Source of the DNA: Dehalococcoidia bacterium
GTDB taxonomy: Bacteria > Chloroflexota > Dehalococcoidia > Lucifugimonadales > VXLM01
Reading direction: 5' to 3'
Assembly (NCBI GenBank): GCA_965232435.1
Contig: CBDDPU010000004.1
Span: 2,461,564-2,525,563, forward strand
Length of the DNA stretch: 64,000 bases
The notes below the pieces were generated by a model. That model had not been told where the DNA came from, did not search any database, and saw only the letters and a program-made list of their open reading frames with translations. This document shows positions 1 through 10,200 of the stretch, piece after piece. A program made the translations under genes and the position numbers. The stretch's first letter is position 1, and every line of letters begins with the position of its first letter.

Positions 1-1126
1 CCGCGTCTTCGTAACGTTGCGGATCCATATTCCACGAACCGACGTGGACTGCGCCTTCAAACCGATGGTACTCCACAAGGTCGGGCCTAGCCTCCCTGAA
101 CTGAGCGCTGAGGGATTCTGGCACACTCAGATCCTCGCTTCCGTGAAGCACAAGCATGGGAACCGACAGTTCTTCCGCTCGCTTGAGATAGTTGACCTTG
201 TCAAAGTCCATGCCGAACCGGAGAGTAGTAAGAAACTTTGCAAGCCCGGTCAGCGCGCCGGGCAGAGGAACGCCGCCTATCCGCCGCTGGGTTGCTCCAA
301 AGTCGATCAGCGCGTCCAAACTGAGCGCCGGACTGTCCAGAACTGCCCCCTTTACCCTATGGGCGACAACCGAGTTATAGAGGAAGCTGACAGCCATCGC
401 CCCGCCCATGCTCTGTCCAACGAGGACGAGGTCTTTCGCGCCCGCGGCAAGGGCGAATGTGGCCGCCGCCTCAACGTCCTCCCATTCGTCGGCCCCGAAC
501 TGGTAATACCCGGTGGGACTCATAGGCAGTCCGCGATCGTTGCGATACGTGATGTTGAGCGTCGGATACCCTCGTTCCACAAACATGGGCAGCATCCTCA
601 CGAATGCCCTGCGGTCCGAACCCTTCCCATGCACCAGGATGACCCACGTATCCAACTCGCCGAAGGTCAACCATGCCGGAAAAGTGCCGAGCGGCGCGGG
701 AATTCCGATCTCCTGGAACTCGATCCCGTGCGCGATAAGCGGGTCGCCGGGATACGTAAAGCTGCTTATGCGAACGGCGTCACCCACGCCGGGCAGATCC
801 CCCAGCGGAGTCAATTCACGGACTACGAAGCCTTCGCCGGTATCGACAATTCGCCCCACCTGGTTGTAGGTGTCGGCGGACTCCAAGCCCCACAGGCCGA
901 GTTTATCCCATCGACCGTCCAAATCGGTCTCCGGCGTAGTCTCAAGCGTGATCCGTCCTCCCGCGACAGACCTCACCCGAAGATCGAACGGCCCCTCTTC
1001 ATTATCGACCACCAACGCCTCCGCCTTGATCTGATCCGAGTAATACCATCCCGCGGCGAAGTAAGCGGCCAACAGGACAACGACGACCACGGCGAGAATG
1101 ATCTGAACCCTGCGAGCGGTGGACAC
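1..1126 (-). CDS. Membrane-anchored alpha/beta hydrolase (3' end runs off the window)
   Basis: Not in the ORF track. Manual minus-strand translation from GTG at 1126 (GAGGAG SD at 1135-1140) gives MSTARRVQIILAVVVVVLLAAYFAAGWYYS (TM anchor), VILVHG, nucleophile elbow GQSMGG, LVLHGSED and GAVHVGSWN. Confidence 0.85.
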   Translation of the reverse strand, partial: MSTARRVQIILAVVVVVLLAAYFAAGWYYSDQIKAEALVVDNEEGPFDLRVRSVAGGRITLETTPETDLDGRWDKLGLWGLESADTYNQVGRIVDTGEGFVVRELTPLGDLPGVGDAVRISSFTYPGDPLIAHGIEFQEIGIPAPLGTFPAWLTFGELDTWVILVHGKGSDRRAFVRMLPMFVERGYPTLNITYRNDRGLPMSPTGYYQFGADEWEDVEAAATFALAAGAKDLVLVGQSMGGAMAVSFLYNSVVAHRVKGAVLDSPALSLDALIDFGATQRRIGGVPLPGALTGLAKFLTTLRFGMDFDKVNYLKRAEELSVPMLVLHGSEDLSVPESLSAQFREARPDLVEYHRFEGAVHVGSWNMDPQRYEDA

Positions 1127-1251
1127 GAAAACGTCTCCTCTAGCGGCGCTTGAAGCATCATAACCCATCAGCGTTCTTCACGCGAGAGTAGCAGGCACAA
1201 GGCGAACCCTGTACGCTTTACCCGGTACTTTACGCACGGAGAGAATACGGC

Positions 1252-2862
1252 ATGGCAAGAATGACCGGCGGGCAGGCGCTGATTAAGTCTTTGCATCGCG
1301 AAGGCGTGCGGACGATTTTCGGGATGCCGGGCATCCAGTTGTATCACGCGATGGATGCCATCTATCACGAGCCCGGCATCCGTTTCATTACCGTGCGCCA
1401 CGAACAGGCTGCCGCGTATATGGCGTTCGGGTACTCAAAGGCGGGCGGTGACGGAATCGGAACCGCCATGGTCGTTCCGGGTCCGGGCCTCCTCAACGCC
1501 ACCTCGGGCGTAGGCACGGCATATTCGGCCTCCACGCCGACTCTCCTCATCTCCGGCCAGTCATATACTCACGAAATCGGAAAAGACACAGGCGCGCTGC
1601 ATGAGGTCAACGACCAACTCGACGTGATACGTCCCATCACCAAATGGGCCGCACGGATGACAGCCGTCGCGGAAGTCCCAAATACCGTTCACGAAGCATT
1701 CCGAATGCTTACCACAGGCCGCCCACGCCCGGTGGAATTGGAAATCGCATGGGACACGCTGGCCGGCGAGGATGAAGTGAATCTCCTAGAACCGGGGATA
1801 TACGAACCTCTCCCGCCCAGCGATAGCGACGTCGCGCGAGTGGCCGAGATGCTCTCGCAGGCGGAGCGTCCGCTGATCTGGGCGGGATGGGGAATTTCAC
1901 TTTCCGGAGCGAGCGCAATACTGGAGCAGGTCTCTGAGCATCTGCAGGCCCCCGTGATGACTTCCGCGGAGGGCAAAGGGGCGATTCCCTACGATCATCC
2001 TCTCTGTCTCGGGACGCCGGGCTGGCGATTCGGCCCCAAGGAACTGGACGCGCTGGTGGAGGAAGCGGACCTCGTCCTGGCCGTCGGCACTCGCTTGGGA
2101 CGAACCAACCTCACGAACCACCATCGAATCGTCCAAATCGACGTCGACGCCGAAGAAATCGGACGAAACTTCCCCCAAGCGATCGGAGTCCATGGCGATG
2201 CCCGCATAACACTCGAACGCCTCCATAATCGGCTTACCAAGACCGTTCCACCTCGTGAGAGTCGCACGGAAGAAATAGCGTCCATAAAGAGAAAACGGGC
2301 GAATCCGGCGACATACGTCCAGCCGCAGGGCGAATTTGTAGAGGCGATCCAAAACGCCATGCCCGATGACGGCATAGTCGTCGAGGGGGTCACGCAAATA
2401 GGCTATGCGGCAAGAGAACTGTACACCGCCCAGCTGCCAAGAACCTATATCACTTCGTCCTACTTTGGAAACCTGGGTTACGCCTACCCCACCGCCCTCG
2501 GCGCGAAGGTCGCACGGCCGGACTCGCCGGTTGTCGCGATCTCCGGCGACGGAGGTTTTCTCTATAACTCCCAAGAACTGGCTACGGCCGTAAAGTACGG
2601 AATCAACGCCGTGGCAATCGTGTTCAATGACAACGCCTTCGGGAACGTCTATCGCGACCAGATCAACAAATTCGATGGACGCGCAATCGGCTCTGAATTG
2701 CACAATCCCGATTTCATGAAGTTGGCTGAAGCCTACGGAGCCCGTGGCGCCAGAGTTCACGACGGCGAGGGCTTGGAGTCTGCCCTGACAGATGCTGTCA
2801 ACGCCGACGTCCCAAGCCTCATCGAAGTCCCGGTCGGCATGATGCCCGACCCCTTCCTATAG
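1252..2862 (+). CDS. Thiamine pyrophosphate-binding enzyme (acetolactate synthase large subunit-like)
   Basis: IFGMPG, VRHEQAA, PGPG, GRPRPV and the TPP motif GDGGF...VFNDNAFG. Confidence 0.92.
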   Translation: MARMTGGQALIKSLHREGVRTIFGMPGIQLYHAMDAIYHEPGIRFITVRHEQAAAYMAFGYSKAGGDGIGTAMVVPGPGLLNATSGVGTAYSASTPTLLISGQSYTHEIGKDTGALHEVNDQLDVIRPITKWAARMTAVAEVPNTVHEAFRMLTTGRPRPVELEIAWDTLAGEDEVNLLEPGIYEPLPPSDSDVARVAEMLSQAERPLIWAGWGISLSGASAILEQVSEHLQAPVMTSAEGKGAIPYDHPLCLGTPGWRFGPKELDALVEEADLVLAVGTRLGRTNLTNHHRIVQIDVDAEEIGRNFPQAIGVHGDARITLERLHNRLTKTVPPRESRTEEIASIKRKRANPATYVQPQGEFVEAIQNAMPDDGIVVEGVTQIGYAARELYTAQLPRTYITSSYFGNLGYAYPTALGAKVARPDSPVVAISGDGGFLYNSQELATAVKYGINAVAIVFNDNAFGNVYRDQINKFDGRAIGSELHNPDFMKLAEAYGARGARVHDGEGLESALTDAVNADVPSLIEVPVGMMPDPFL

Positions 2863-2868
2863 AACACA

Positions 2869-2940
2869 CCCCTCTCCCGTTCCAGGAGAGCGCTGCGCTG
2901 AGGACACCCCGTCATTCCGGCGAAGGCCGGAATCCAGAAA
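2869..2940. repeat. Composite intergenic palindromic repeat (CCCCTCTCCCG-type half plus GTCATTCCGGCGAAGGCCGGAATCCAG)
   Basis: Same two motif families recur at 22145-22213, 23312-23489, 24726-24830, 43792-43866 and 57301-57329. Confidence 0.75.
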
Positions 2941-3073
2941 TGTTGACCACAAATTCGATTTCGCCCTCAGTTCGCAACTTCTCGGCTTGATAATGAGCTA
3001 CGCAATAGTCTCCACACGCGGAAACTCTACCGCCCTGCTCCGAACACCTGCCCCGAGGGTTCATGGCTGTGAA

Positions 3074-4174
3074 TCAGGCGAGATCGAACGGTATGCCCAT
3101 GCGAGAACAGATAGCGCGAAACCACTCGATGACCTCGATGTGCAGCGGAATCCCGTTAGCCCGCCGATCTCTTACGTTCTCAGCCTCCACAAGGCCGGCA
3201 TAGACGACTCGATCATGACCGGGTGCCGGACGGGTGGTCCGCAGCGTGCAGAGCCACTCATCCATCGTGCGCTTAAACTCGGCGGTATCCATGAAGGCCT
3301 CTATGTTGTATGCCGCGACATAATGATTGAAATTGGGACGCCCTGGAATGAGGCCGTATCCGCCTCCGCTGAGAATCCCGCCCAGAATGTCCACGATCGC
3401 CATTAGACCGGTTCCCTTGTGCGAGCCGAGATCGGGAGTGCTGCCCAGGGGAAGCAGATTTGCCAGAGGTATGCCGTCTGGCCCTAGCGGCGGGGCATCA
3501 ACCTCGTCCATAACGGGCGTTCCGTTCTCGTCGGCAGTCCAGCCGGGGAGAAGTTTGACACCCAAGCGGCGCGCAAGAATGAGCTTATTTGCGGGAACAA
3601 TGCTCATTGCCGCATCGAATACAAAGGGCGCTTCTCTTTCGGCGGGCGCGGCCAGCGCGAGGGGGTTAGTGCCGAAACGGGCTTCCGCCCCAAACGTGGG
3701 ATTGACGTTTGCCGGGCACGATGACATGGCCATGCCGATCATATCCTGCTCCAACGCCATCATCGCGTGGTACGAAATCATGCCCAGATGTCTGCTGTTC
3801 CGAATCGTTACGACACCCACTCCGACGTTGCGCGCCTTCTCAATGGCGATCTCCATCGCCTTCGGCCCCACAACGATCCCCAGTCCTCGATCCGAATCGA
3901 TGTTGGCCGTGGCCGGAGTCTCTCGCAAAACTTGCCACTCCGGCACGGGATTGAGTTCGCCCTCCTTAAATCCCTGCACGTACCCCCTGAGCGCGTTGGA
4001 AACTCCGTGACTCTCCACGCCGCGCAAGTCGGAGACCACTAACACATCGGTCGCCAGTTCGGCATCGTCATCCGGTACCCCACACCTCATCAGGATCGCG
4101 CGGACGACTTCGCGCAAACCGCTCTCATCCACGCGCGCGGAGTCATCGTCAGTCACTCTCAATCGCTCTGCCAT
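3074..4174 (-). CDS. Ldh_2 family oxidoreductase (AllD/ComC/YbiC-like)
   Basis: SDLRGVESHG, RNSRHLG, FGTNPLA and SHKGTGL motifs. Confidence 0.92.
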   Translation of the reverse strand: MAERLRVTDDDSARVDESGLREVVRAILMRCGVPDDDAELATDVLVVSDLRGVESHGVSNALRGYVQGFKEGELNPVPEWQVLRETPATANIDSDRGLGIVVGPKAMEIAIEKARNVGVGVVTIRNSRHLGMISYHAMMALEQDMIGMAMSSCPANVNPTFGAEARFGTNPLALAAPAEREAPFVFDAAMSIVPANKLILARRLGVKLLPGWTADENGTPVMDEVDAPPLGPDGIPLANLLPLGSTPDLGSHKGTGLMAIVDILGGILSGGGYGLIPGRPNFNHYVAAYNIEAFMDTAEFKRTMDEWLCTLRTTRPAPGHDRVVYAGLVEAENVRDRRANGIPLHIEVIEWFRAICSRMGIPFDLA

Positions 4175-4325
4175 CTAGCTCCTCCGACTCACCTTCGATC
4201 TCGCCGGCGACAATTCTAGTGACGAGAATCGGACGGCGCAATACGAAGTCAAGCGAACCCCTAAAGAAACGGTCTTGAAGTTCCTCCTATCGTGATTCAG
4301 TGCCCACAACCGAAAACGTCGCACC

Positions 4326-4538
4326 TTAATCATCATGGTTCTTCGGGGCTTCCGGGAGAAACCATCGGCGAAACACATACAGCAGAAAGACGAGAATTAC
4401 CCCTAAAACCCCGATTGAGACATTCCCGAAAACTACGCCGAAGACGAACATACCCAGCGAAAGTACGAACAGTCCCACAAATACCCAATACAATCTCATG
4501 CCCATCCTCCATACCAGCGAAGGATCATAGCGAATCAT
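4326..4538 (-). CDS. Small two-TM membrane protein, hypothetical
   Basis: 70-aa ORF with two hydrophobic segments and a charged tail, filling an otherwise empty gap. Confidence 0.5.
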   Translation of the reverse strand: MIRYDPSLVWRMGMRLYWVFVGLFVLSLGMFVFGVVFGNVSIGVLGVILVFLLYVFRRWFLPEAPKNHDD

Positions 4539-4601
4539 ACACGTCGGCGAAGGATTTAAGCTCTGTCAGGGTAGAAAGCCGTCCCCTAATGACATAGGGT
4601 A

Positions 4602-6014
4602 GTGTCGCAAGTTCTTGACAATGGAGAAGAAATGAGCAGGAACGCCCCAATTCGAGCCGCCGTCGACCGCCTGAATGAACAGTCCAATGGCAGCATCGAG
4701 AGGTACGGCTTCGACTTCGATGACGCCCGAATTGCGTCCTTTCTGCAGAGCCGGTCGGTGGACGAGACTATCTCGTATCTGACCCGACTCGCAGAGTGGC
4801 ACCAAAAGGTGAACCGTCAGAATCACGACGGAGTTACCCTCACGCCGCCGCTGCTGGAGTTCCTCGCGAAGCCCGGGGACATTGAGGAAAAGCTGGCTGA
4901 GCTGGACAAACTTCGTCGAAACACCCGAATGGGACGCTTCAACCCCGGTAACGAGATCGAACGCGATCTGGAGTTCCATCGCTACAACTGGGCCTACCAC
5001 GAGGAAATCGAACCCGACTTCGACCCCTACGCCAAAGCGCCATACGAAGAATTCATCAACCTGCCGACACTCGGTCCCCAGACGCATGAGGAACTCGTTC
5101 TCGACGGGCAGAATTTGATCGAGGCCCGTCGAGTCTCCTACGAGGCCTATACCCTGCTGCTTTTCCTCAAGAAGTTCCGCGCGGGCACATCCCGCCCAAT
5201 AATAATCATCGGGAATGACCGGTACGGACGCCAGTGGGGTATCGAGCCGCTTGAAGAGTATCTGGAAGGAGACTTCAGCATCGTATACCCGCGTGTGCCC
5301 TCCCACAAATCAACTCGACTCACGGTTCCGAACATGATTCTCAGAACCGGCGTCCGAGCCGGGCCGGATCGCGGGACGATCCGACGTCTCAGCAAGCACA
5401 TGCCCCACGTCATAATCGTTGACGCGCGAAATGTGGGACAGGGACAGGAAAGAAAGTCAATGAGAATGTCGCGCGGAGCGCGCGATTACGCCAACTGGTT
5501 CATAGCCTTCAATGACCTCCGAGCCGAAGGGCGAGTTTCCGAGTATGAACGCAAGATGCCCCACCCGTCCAACCACTACCCCGAGTTGAAAAAGTGGTTC
5601 GGCTTCGTAGAGCTGCAAAGAAAAATCCGCCCATGGGTGGAACCGGGCGAAACCTACTCAATGACCATGTGGGCCCCGGAGATCACCGAGGAAACGATGC
5701 TTGGAGACTTTAAGGTCAAGACGCGAAGGGTCGAGTACGAATCGAACGTTCCTCAAGTGGTGCTGGCGAACCCGCTCATCTACCGCACCGATAGCGACGA
5801 CCCAAACATTCACGAAAACTTGAAAGGGAACCGCCCTTACTACTACGACGGCCCGGAGCGACACGTTCGCCACGAACTGCAATTCGGGTTCGGCGAACAC
5901 GGCCTGGAATCGAGAGTCGTCGGGAATACGTCGGATGAACTCGTGGAGGCCGTTCAAACGTTCATGCGCCAAGAAGTGGCGCGACTCCTTGCCGAAGAAG
6001 GCAGCGGTGAGTAA
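4602..6014 (+). CDS. Hypothetical protein (470 aa), possibly with a PRTase-like core
   Basis: Long ORF with natural composition. IIIIGNDRYG and HVIIVDARN loosely resemble type I phosphoribosyltransferase strands. Confidence 0.75.
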   Translation: MSQVLDNGEEMSRNAPIRAAVDRLNEQSNGSIERYGFDFDDARIASFLQSRSVDETISYLTRLAEWHQKVNRQNHDGVTLTPPLLEFLAKPGDIEEKLAELDKLRRNTRMGRFNPGNEIERDLEFHRYNWAYHEEIEPDFDPYAKAPYEEFINLPTLGPQTHEELVLDGQNLIEARRVSYEAYTLLLFLKKFRAGTSRPIIIIGNDRYGRQWGIEPLEEYLEGDFSIVYPRVPSHKSTRLTVPNMILRTGVRAGPDRGTIRRLSKHMPHVIIVDARNVGQGQERKSMRMSRGARDYANWFIAFNDLRAEGRVSEYERKMPHPSNHYPELKKWFGFVELQRKIRPWVEPGETYSMTMWAPEITEETMLGDFKVKTRRVEYESNVPQVVLANPLIYRTDSDDPNIHENLKGNRPYYYDGPERHVRHELQFGFGEHGLESRVVGNTSDELVEAVQTFMRQEVARLLAEEGSGE

Positions 6015-6366
6015 GCTCACCCGAACACCGACAAACCGGAGGCCAACCGCCCGGAGTCCGTCGGAATCCCTCACGAAAGCGGCGGCGTACCACGAAGCTT
6101 GTCCTCATGAAAACGGGAACAGGAACCCCGATACGCAGCCAATATCACAGGAAACTGCATCTTCACGTCATCAACTCCGAACGAGTTGCACGGAGACATC
6201 GCGCCCTTCTCCGCTTACGGTATAATGAAAACTTGCACGATATCATGTCGTCATCCCACTGTCCGACGAGTACACCGATGAGTAGAAAACAGGCATCGGG
6301 TTGCCACGTTTGCGCGCCGATTCCGGCGCTTCCCTCACCTTCTCATCGTACCCCTCACTGCAGCTG

Positions 6367-9300
6367 ATGCGCAGATTAACGAATGCGCGACTCGTATCGA
6401 GACGCCTCTTAGACGAATGGAAGCTCCTATCGAGCGTATTCATCGGCATACTGGTCGCCGTCACGATCAGCGTAGGAGCCAGCGTCTATCTCACCGCCCT
6501 TGAACAGCTGGCGTTTCGCGTCTCTCTCAACCAAATTTCGGCCCCGCTCCTCAATCTCACCGTGTTCGCCAAGCGAATTCCCCTCACGTCCGAGGCGGTG
6601 TATGGGCTCGATGAACTGGTGACCTCGATAGCCAACGAACGCCTCGAAGAGCTATACGTCGGCCATGAAATGTACCTGAAAGGCACCTCATCGATCGTCG
6701 GGACGGAAGAAATGCCGTTGCCTGCCGTCGGTGACCAAGAGTCCATGCCGATTGTGCTCGACGGCTTCTTTCACACCCTCACCAACTTCGAGCGCCACTC
6801 GAACTTTCTGCAGGGACGCGCGCCGAGCAAAACACCCATAGATACCGGAGAAACCATCACGGTCGAAGCGTCGATTTCGGAGCAGGTGGCCGCAGAGTCA
6901 AAGCTGGGGCCCGGAGATTCCGTAGTGGTTGCCACGGATATTTTCGTGCCGACAAGAATCACGGCCAACATCGTAGGCGTGTTTCAGGCGGACAACCTCG
7001 AAGACGAGTACTGGAGCACGGCCGCCCTCGTACTGACTTCTCAATCGGCCCCGGCCCAAGGCGGCGAAGAATCCGGATTCCCTCCACCCGACGGCGTGCT
7101 CTGGGACGACGACCAAAACCTGGCCATCGGCCTGTTCGTTCCGATAGAAATCATGACTGAAGTTATCGGCCCGGCATACGAACGTACCCTGGCTAATCCG
7201 ATTGTGTTCGGAAAGATCGAGAAGGACGCATTGGGCACATGGACTGCGGCAAGGTTCGTTAGTCAACTCGATCTCACCGAGGATGAAATCACCAGCACGA
7301 TACCGGGATCTACCGTCAGTTCGTCCCTGATCCGCGGGCTGATCGCGAACGTGGGAAGGCGCGTGTTCTTTTCAAGGATACCATTGCTCTTCCTACTAAC
7401 GATGATGGTCGTCACGGTCGTGTTTTACATGACCATGATGGTCTCGTATCTCGCCAAGAGCAGAGAACGAGATTCGGCCCTCATGCGAACGAGGGGCACG
7501 GGGATAGCCGAACTCTTGCGGCTGTACACCCTCGAAGGCATTCTCATGTGCGTGCTGGCTTTCATGTTAGGTCCCCCCATAGCATTCGGAACCATTGCCG
7601 CAATAGGGCTCGTGCCGCCGTTCCGCGCTGTCACCGGCGGCGAATTGCTCCTGACGCGAGTCGAACCGATGACGTTTGTCATCGGCGCAAGCATCGCCCT
7701 TCTCTGCCTAATTCTCTACGTAGCTTTCGGAGCGGCCGGCGCCAAGAGCGGACTGCTCGTGCAAAAAGCGAGAGCGGCTCGCCCGGCTACGATGTCGTTC
7801 TTCCATCGGTACTACCTCGACGTCGGGCTTGTGGCTATCGGAGGCCTGGTATTCTGGGAACTTCAGAGCAGGGAACAAATCGTTTCGAGCGGACTCTTTA
7901 CCGAACTGCAAGTAAACGAAACGCTGCTGCTAGGGCCCATCCTCTTCCTCATAGTAGTCGGGCTCTTCTTCATGCGGCTGTTTCCCCTATTCGTCCGCTA
8001 CATCGGCGGAGAGTCCCCGGGCATTGTTCATCTCCTCACCGGCCTTTCAGTCGCGGGACTGACGGGCGGAGCGCTGTTCTTGAACTTCCAAGACGGAACT
8101 ATTTCCGATGCATACGTCCCCGCGGCCATCGCGCTCGCCGTGGGAGCGGCGTATTACGCAACCCAACGGTTCCTCGTCCGAACGTGGTGGTGGCTGGGAG
8201 TCGCCGCCCAGACGGGCTTGGTCGGCCTTTACGTAATGACCGCGAACATCCAGCCTGAAAACACCTTGTTTGTCGCGGAACTCGGCCTGTTGGGAATCGT
8301 GCCCGCCCAAGCGCTGTATCAACTAATATCACTTGTTATCCGATCCGCTCCCGCTTGGCTCTCGATCAGCTTGTGGCACATGGCGCGCAATCCGCTTCAA
8401 TACACGTGGCTAGTCCTTCTTCTCGTACTGGTGACCGGATTAGGCATCTTCGCGACGACGGTCGGAGGCACTCTGACTCTCAGTCAAGATGAACAAATAC
8501 AATTTGAGACCCCCACCGACATGAGAATTCAGGGAACGCCACTGTTTCTGGATGAGGGCCTGCGCGGTATGCGCGAAGACTTCATCAACACCCCGGCGAT
8601 ACACAGCGGAGCGCTCGGATACCGAACAAGCGCGTCAATCGGGAACCTCAGTATGCAGCTCTTGGCGCTCGAACCCCAAGCATACGCCGACATCGGTTGG
8701 TTTCGGGACGACTTCGCCGACGGCAGCTTGAAAGAGATCATGGACATGATTTCCGTAGAGGACGGTTTCAACGGGATCACGCTGCCGACAGATTCCCAAA
8801 GCATAGGGCTGTGGATCAAGCCGCTGGAGCTTCAACCCCTAATGTCGATCTGGATCGTAGTACAGGACAGCACGCGCGCAGTGAAGACCATTTCGCTGGG
8901 TGAAGTCGGAGCGCTGGAATGGCATGAAGTGAGCAACGAACTGCCAAAAGACCTCCAACCGCCTCTTGACCTCATGGCCGTATCGCTGTACGAACCGGGA
9001 ACCGCGACTCAAACTTCCGGAGGCGGAACGCCGGGCACTGTGCTGTTTGACTCCATTCACGTCGTCCTGACAGACGGATCGGAACGGGTCTTGGAGGGAT
9101 TTGAAGAGGAGAACAACTGGTCTCCCATCCCCACGAACTTGATCAACTACGACGTTCTCTACACCTCAACGGACGACCCCTTCACCGGAGAACGAGCCGG
9201 CGTCTTCACCTTTGGGACGGACAGGAACAGGTCAGTGCGGGGGATATACGACGCAACCGGTGGAGGAAGTATTCCTGTCGTAATCAGCCGTGGAGTTTCC

Positions 9301-10059
9301 AACTCCACCGGCCTGCGGCCAGGCGTGTCGCAGATCGTGAGCGTCTCAGGGTGGCTGGTGCCTGTCGAAGTCAGGGGAATCATCGATCTATTCCCCACGC
9401 TGGATACCTCCAACTCGGGATTCATGCTGGCCGATATCGACGCCCTTCTGACATACATGAACATGATGAGCCAACTGTCAACCGTCGAACCCAACGAACT
9501 GTACCTTCAGAAAACGGGAGACTCTCCGGAAATTATCGATGAGATGCACGAGGAGCTCGTTTCCAAGCTGCTAAAGGTAAACGACACTACGGATCAACGA
9601 GATGAGATCCGCCGAGACCCGCTCCAAAACGCCGGATGGAAGGCTTTGGTGCTCATGGCCATTGCGGTAGTGCTGCTGGCGTCGATATTCGGGTATGTCG
9701 CTTATATGCTGCTAGTCGGCGAGAGCAGCGAGCATGAGCTGGGGTTTCTCCAATCGCTGGGACTCTCCAAGATCCAACTTCTTGCCCTGCTCATCTGCGA
9801 GCATCTAACGGTCGTCACCTTGGGCCTCGGACTGGGAACGTGGGCCGGATTCCAAATGAGTAGGTTAATGGTCGCGCCTTTGGCAGTCTCGGACATCGGG
9901 CAATCAATAATCCCTCCGTTCATCCTCGTAACGGACTGGTCCCTAATGCTCCCCACGTACGGGATGATCCTAGCCGTCTTCATCACGGTCATGTTCCTTT
10001 TGTACCGATCAATCGGAAGAACGAGATTGTTCGAGTTGGCCCGCAGTGGAGAAGGATAG
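6367..10059 (+). CDS. Large FtsX/MacB-family ABC transporter permease
   Basis: Two TM clusters separated by large extracytoplasmic domains, with ALMRTRG and FLQSLGLS FtsX motifs. Start may be 6301 (TTG) or 6367 (ATG). Confidence 0.88.
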   Translation: MRRLTNARLVSRRLLDEWKLLSSVFIGILVAVTISVGASVYLTALEQLAFRVSLNQISAPLLNLTVFAKRIPLTSEAVYGLDELVTSIANERLEELYVGHEMYLKGTSSIVGTEEMPLPAVGDQESMPIVLDGFFHTLTNFERHSNFLQGRAPSKTPIDTGETITVEASISEQVAAESKLGPGDSVVVATDIFVPTRITANIVGVFQADNLEDEYWSTAALVLTSQSAPAQGGEESGFPPPDGVLWDDDQNLAIGLFVPIEIMTEVIGPAYERTLANPIVFGKIEKDALGTWTAARFVSQLDLTEDEITSTIPGSTVSSSLIRGLIANVGRRVFFSRIPLLFLLTMMVVTVVFYMTMMVSYLAKSRERDSALMRTRGTGIAELLRLYTLEGILMCVLAFMLGPPIAFGTIAAIGLVPPFRAVTGGELLLTRVEPMTFVIGASIALLCLILYVAFGAAGAKSGLLVQKARAARPATMSFFHRYYLDVGLVAIGGLVFWELQSREQIVSSGLFTELQVNETLLLGPILFLIVVGLFFMRLFPLFVRYIGGESPGIVHLLTGLSVAGLTGGALFLNFQDGTISDAYVPAAIALAVGAAYYATQRFLVRTWWWLGVAAQTGLVGLYVMTANIQPENTLFVAELGLLGIVPAQALYQLISLVIRSAPAWLSISLWHMARNPLQYTWLVLLLVLVTGLGIFATTVGGTLTLSQDEQIQFETPTDMRIQGTPLFLDEGLRGMREDFINTPAIHSGALGYRTSASIGNLSMQLLALEPQAYADIGWFRDDFADGSLKEIMDMISVEDGFNGITLPTDSQSIGLWIKPLELQPLMSIWIVVQDSTRAVKTISLGEVGALEWHEVSNELPKDLQPPLDLMAVSLYEPGTATQTSGGGTPGTVLFDSIHVVLTDGSERVLEGFEEENNWSPIPTNLINYDVLYTSTDDPFTGERAGVFTFGTDRNRSVRGIYDATGGGSIPVVISRGVSNSTGLRPGVSQIVSVSGWLVPVEVRGIIDLFPTLDTSNSGFMLADIDALLTYMNMMSQLSTVEPNELYLQKTGDSPEIIDEMHEELVSKLLKVNDTTDQRDEIRRDPLQNAGWKALVLMAIAVVLLASIFGYVAYMLLVGESSEHELGFLQSLGLSKIQLLALLICEHLTVVTLGLGLGTWAGFQMSRLMVAPLAVSDIGQSIIPPFILVTDWSLMLPTYGMILAVFITVMFLLYRSIGRTRLFELARSGEG

Positions 10060-10200
10060 CCCAAAAGCCAATTTCACAGATAACCTTTAGAGGTCGTGCA
10101 ACGTAATAGTAGGCAGTGAACTTTTATCGCCTGAACGATTCGTCTACAATCCGAAACAACGGCGTAAATTTCCACGGAACCCGAAAAGAAGGAAGGCAGA

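Noticed and set aside
17-1153. 378-aa + strand ORF
   Set aside because: Antisense shadow of the minus-strand alpha/beta hydrolase, which has an SD, TM anchor and GxSxG motif.
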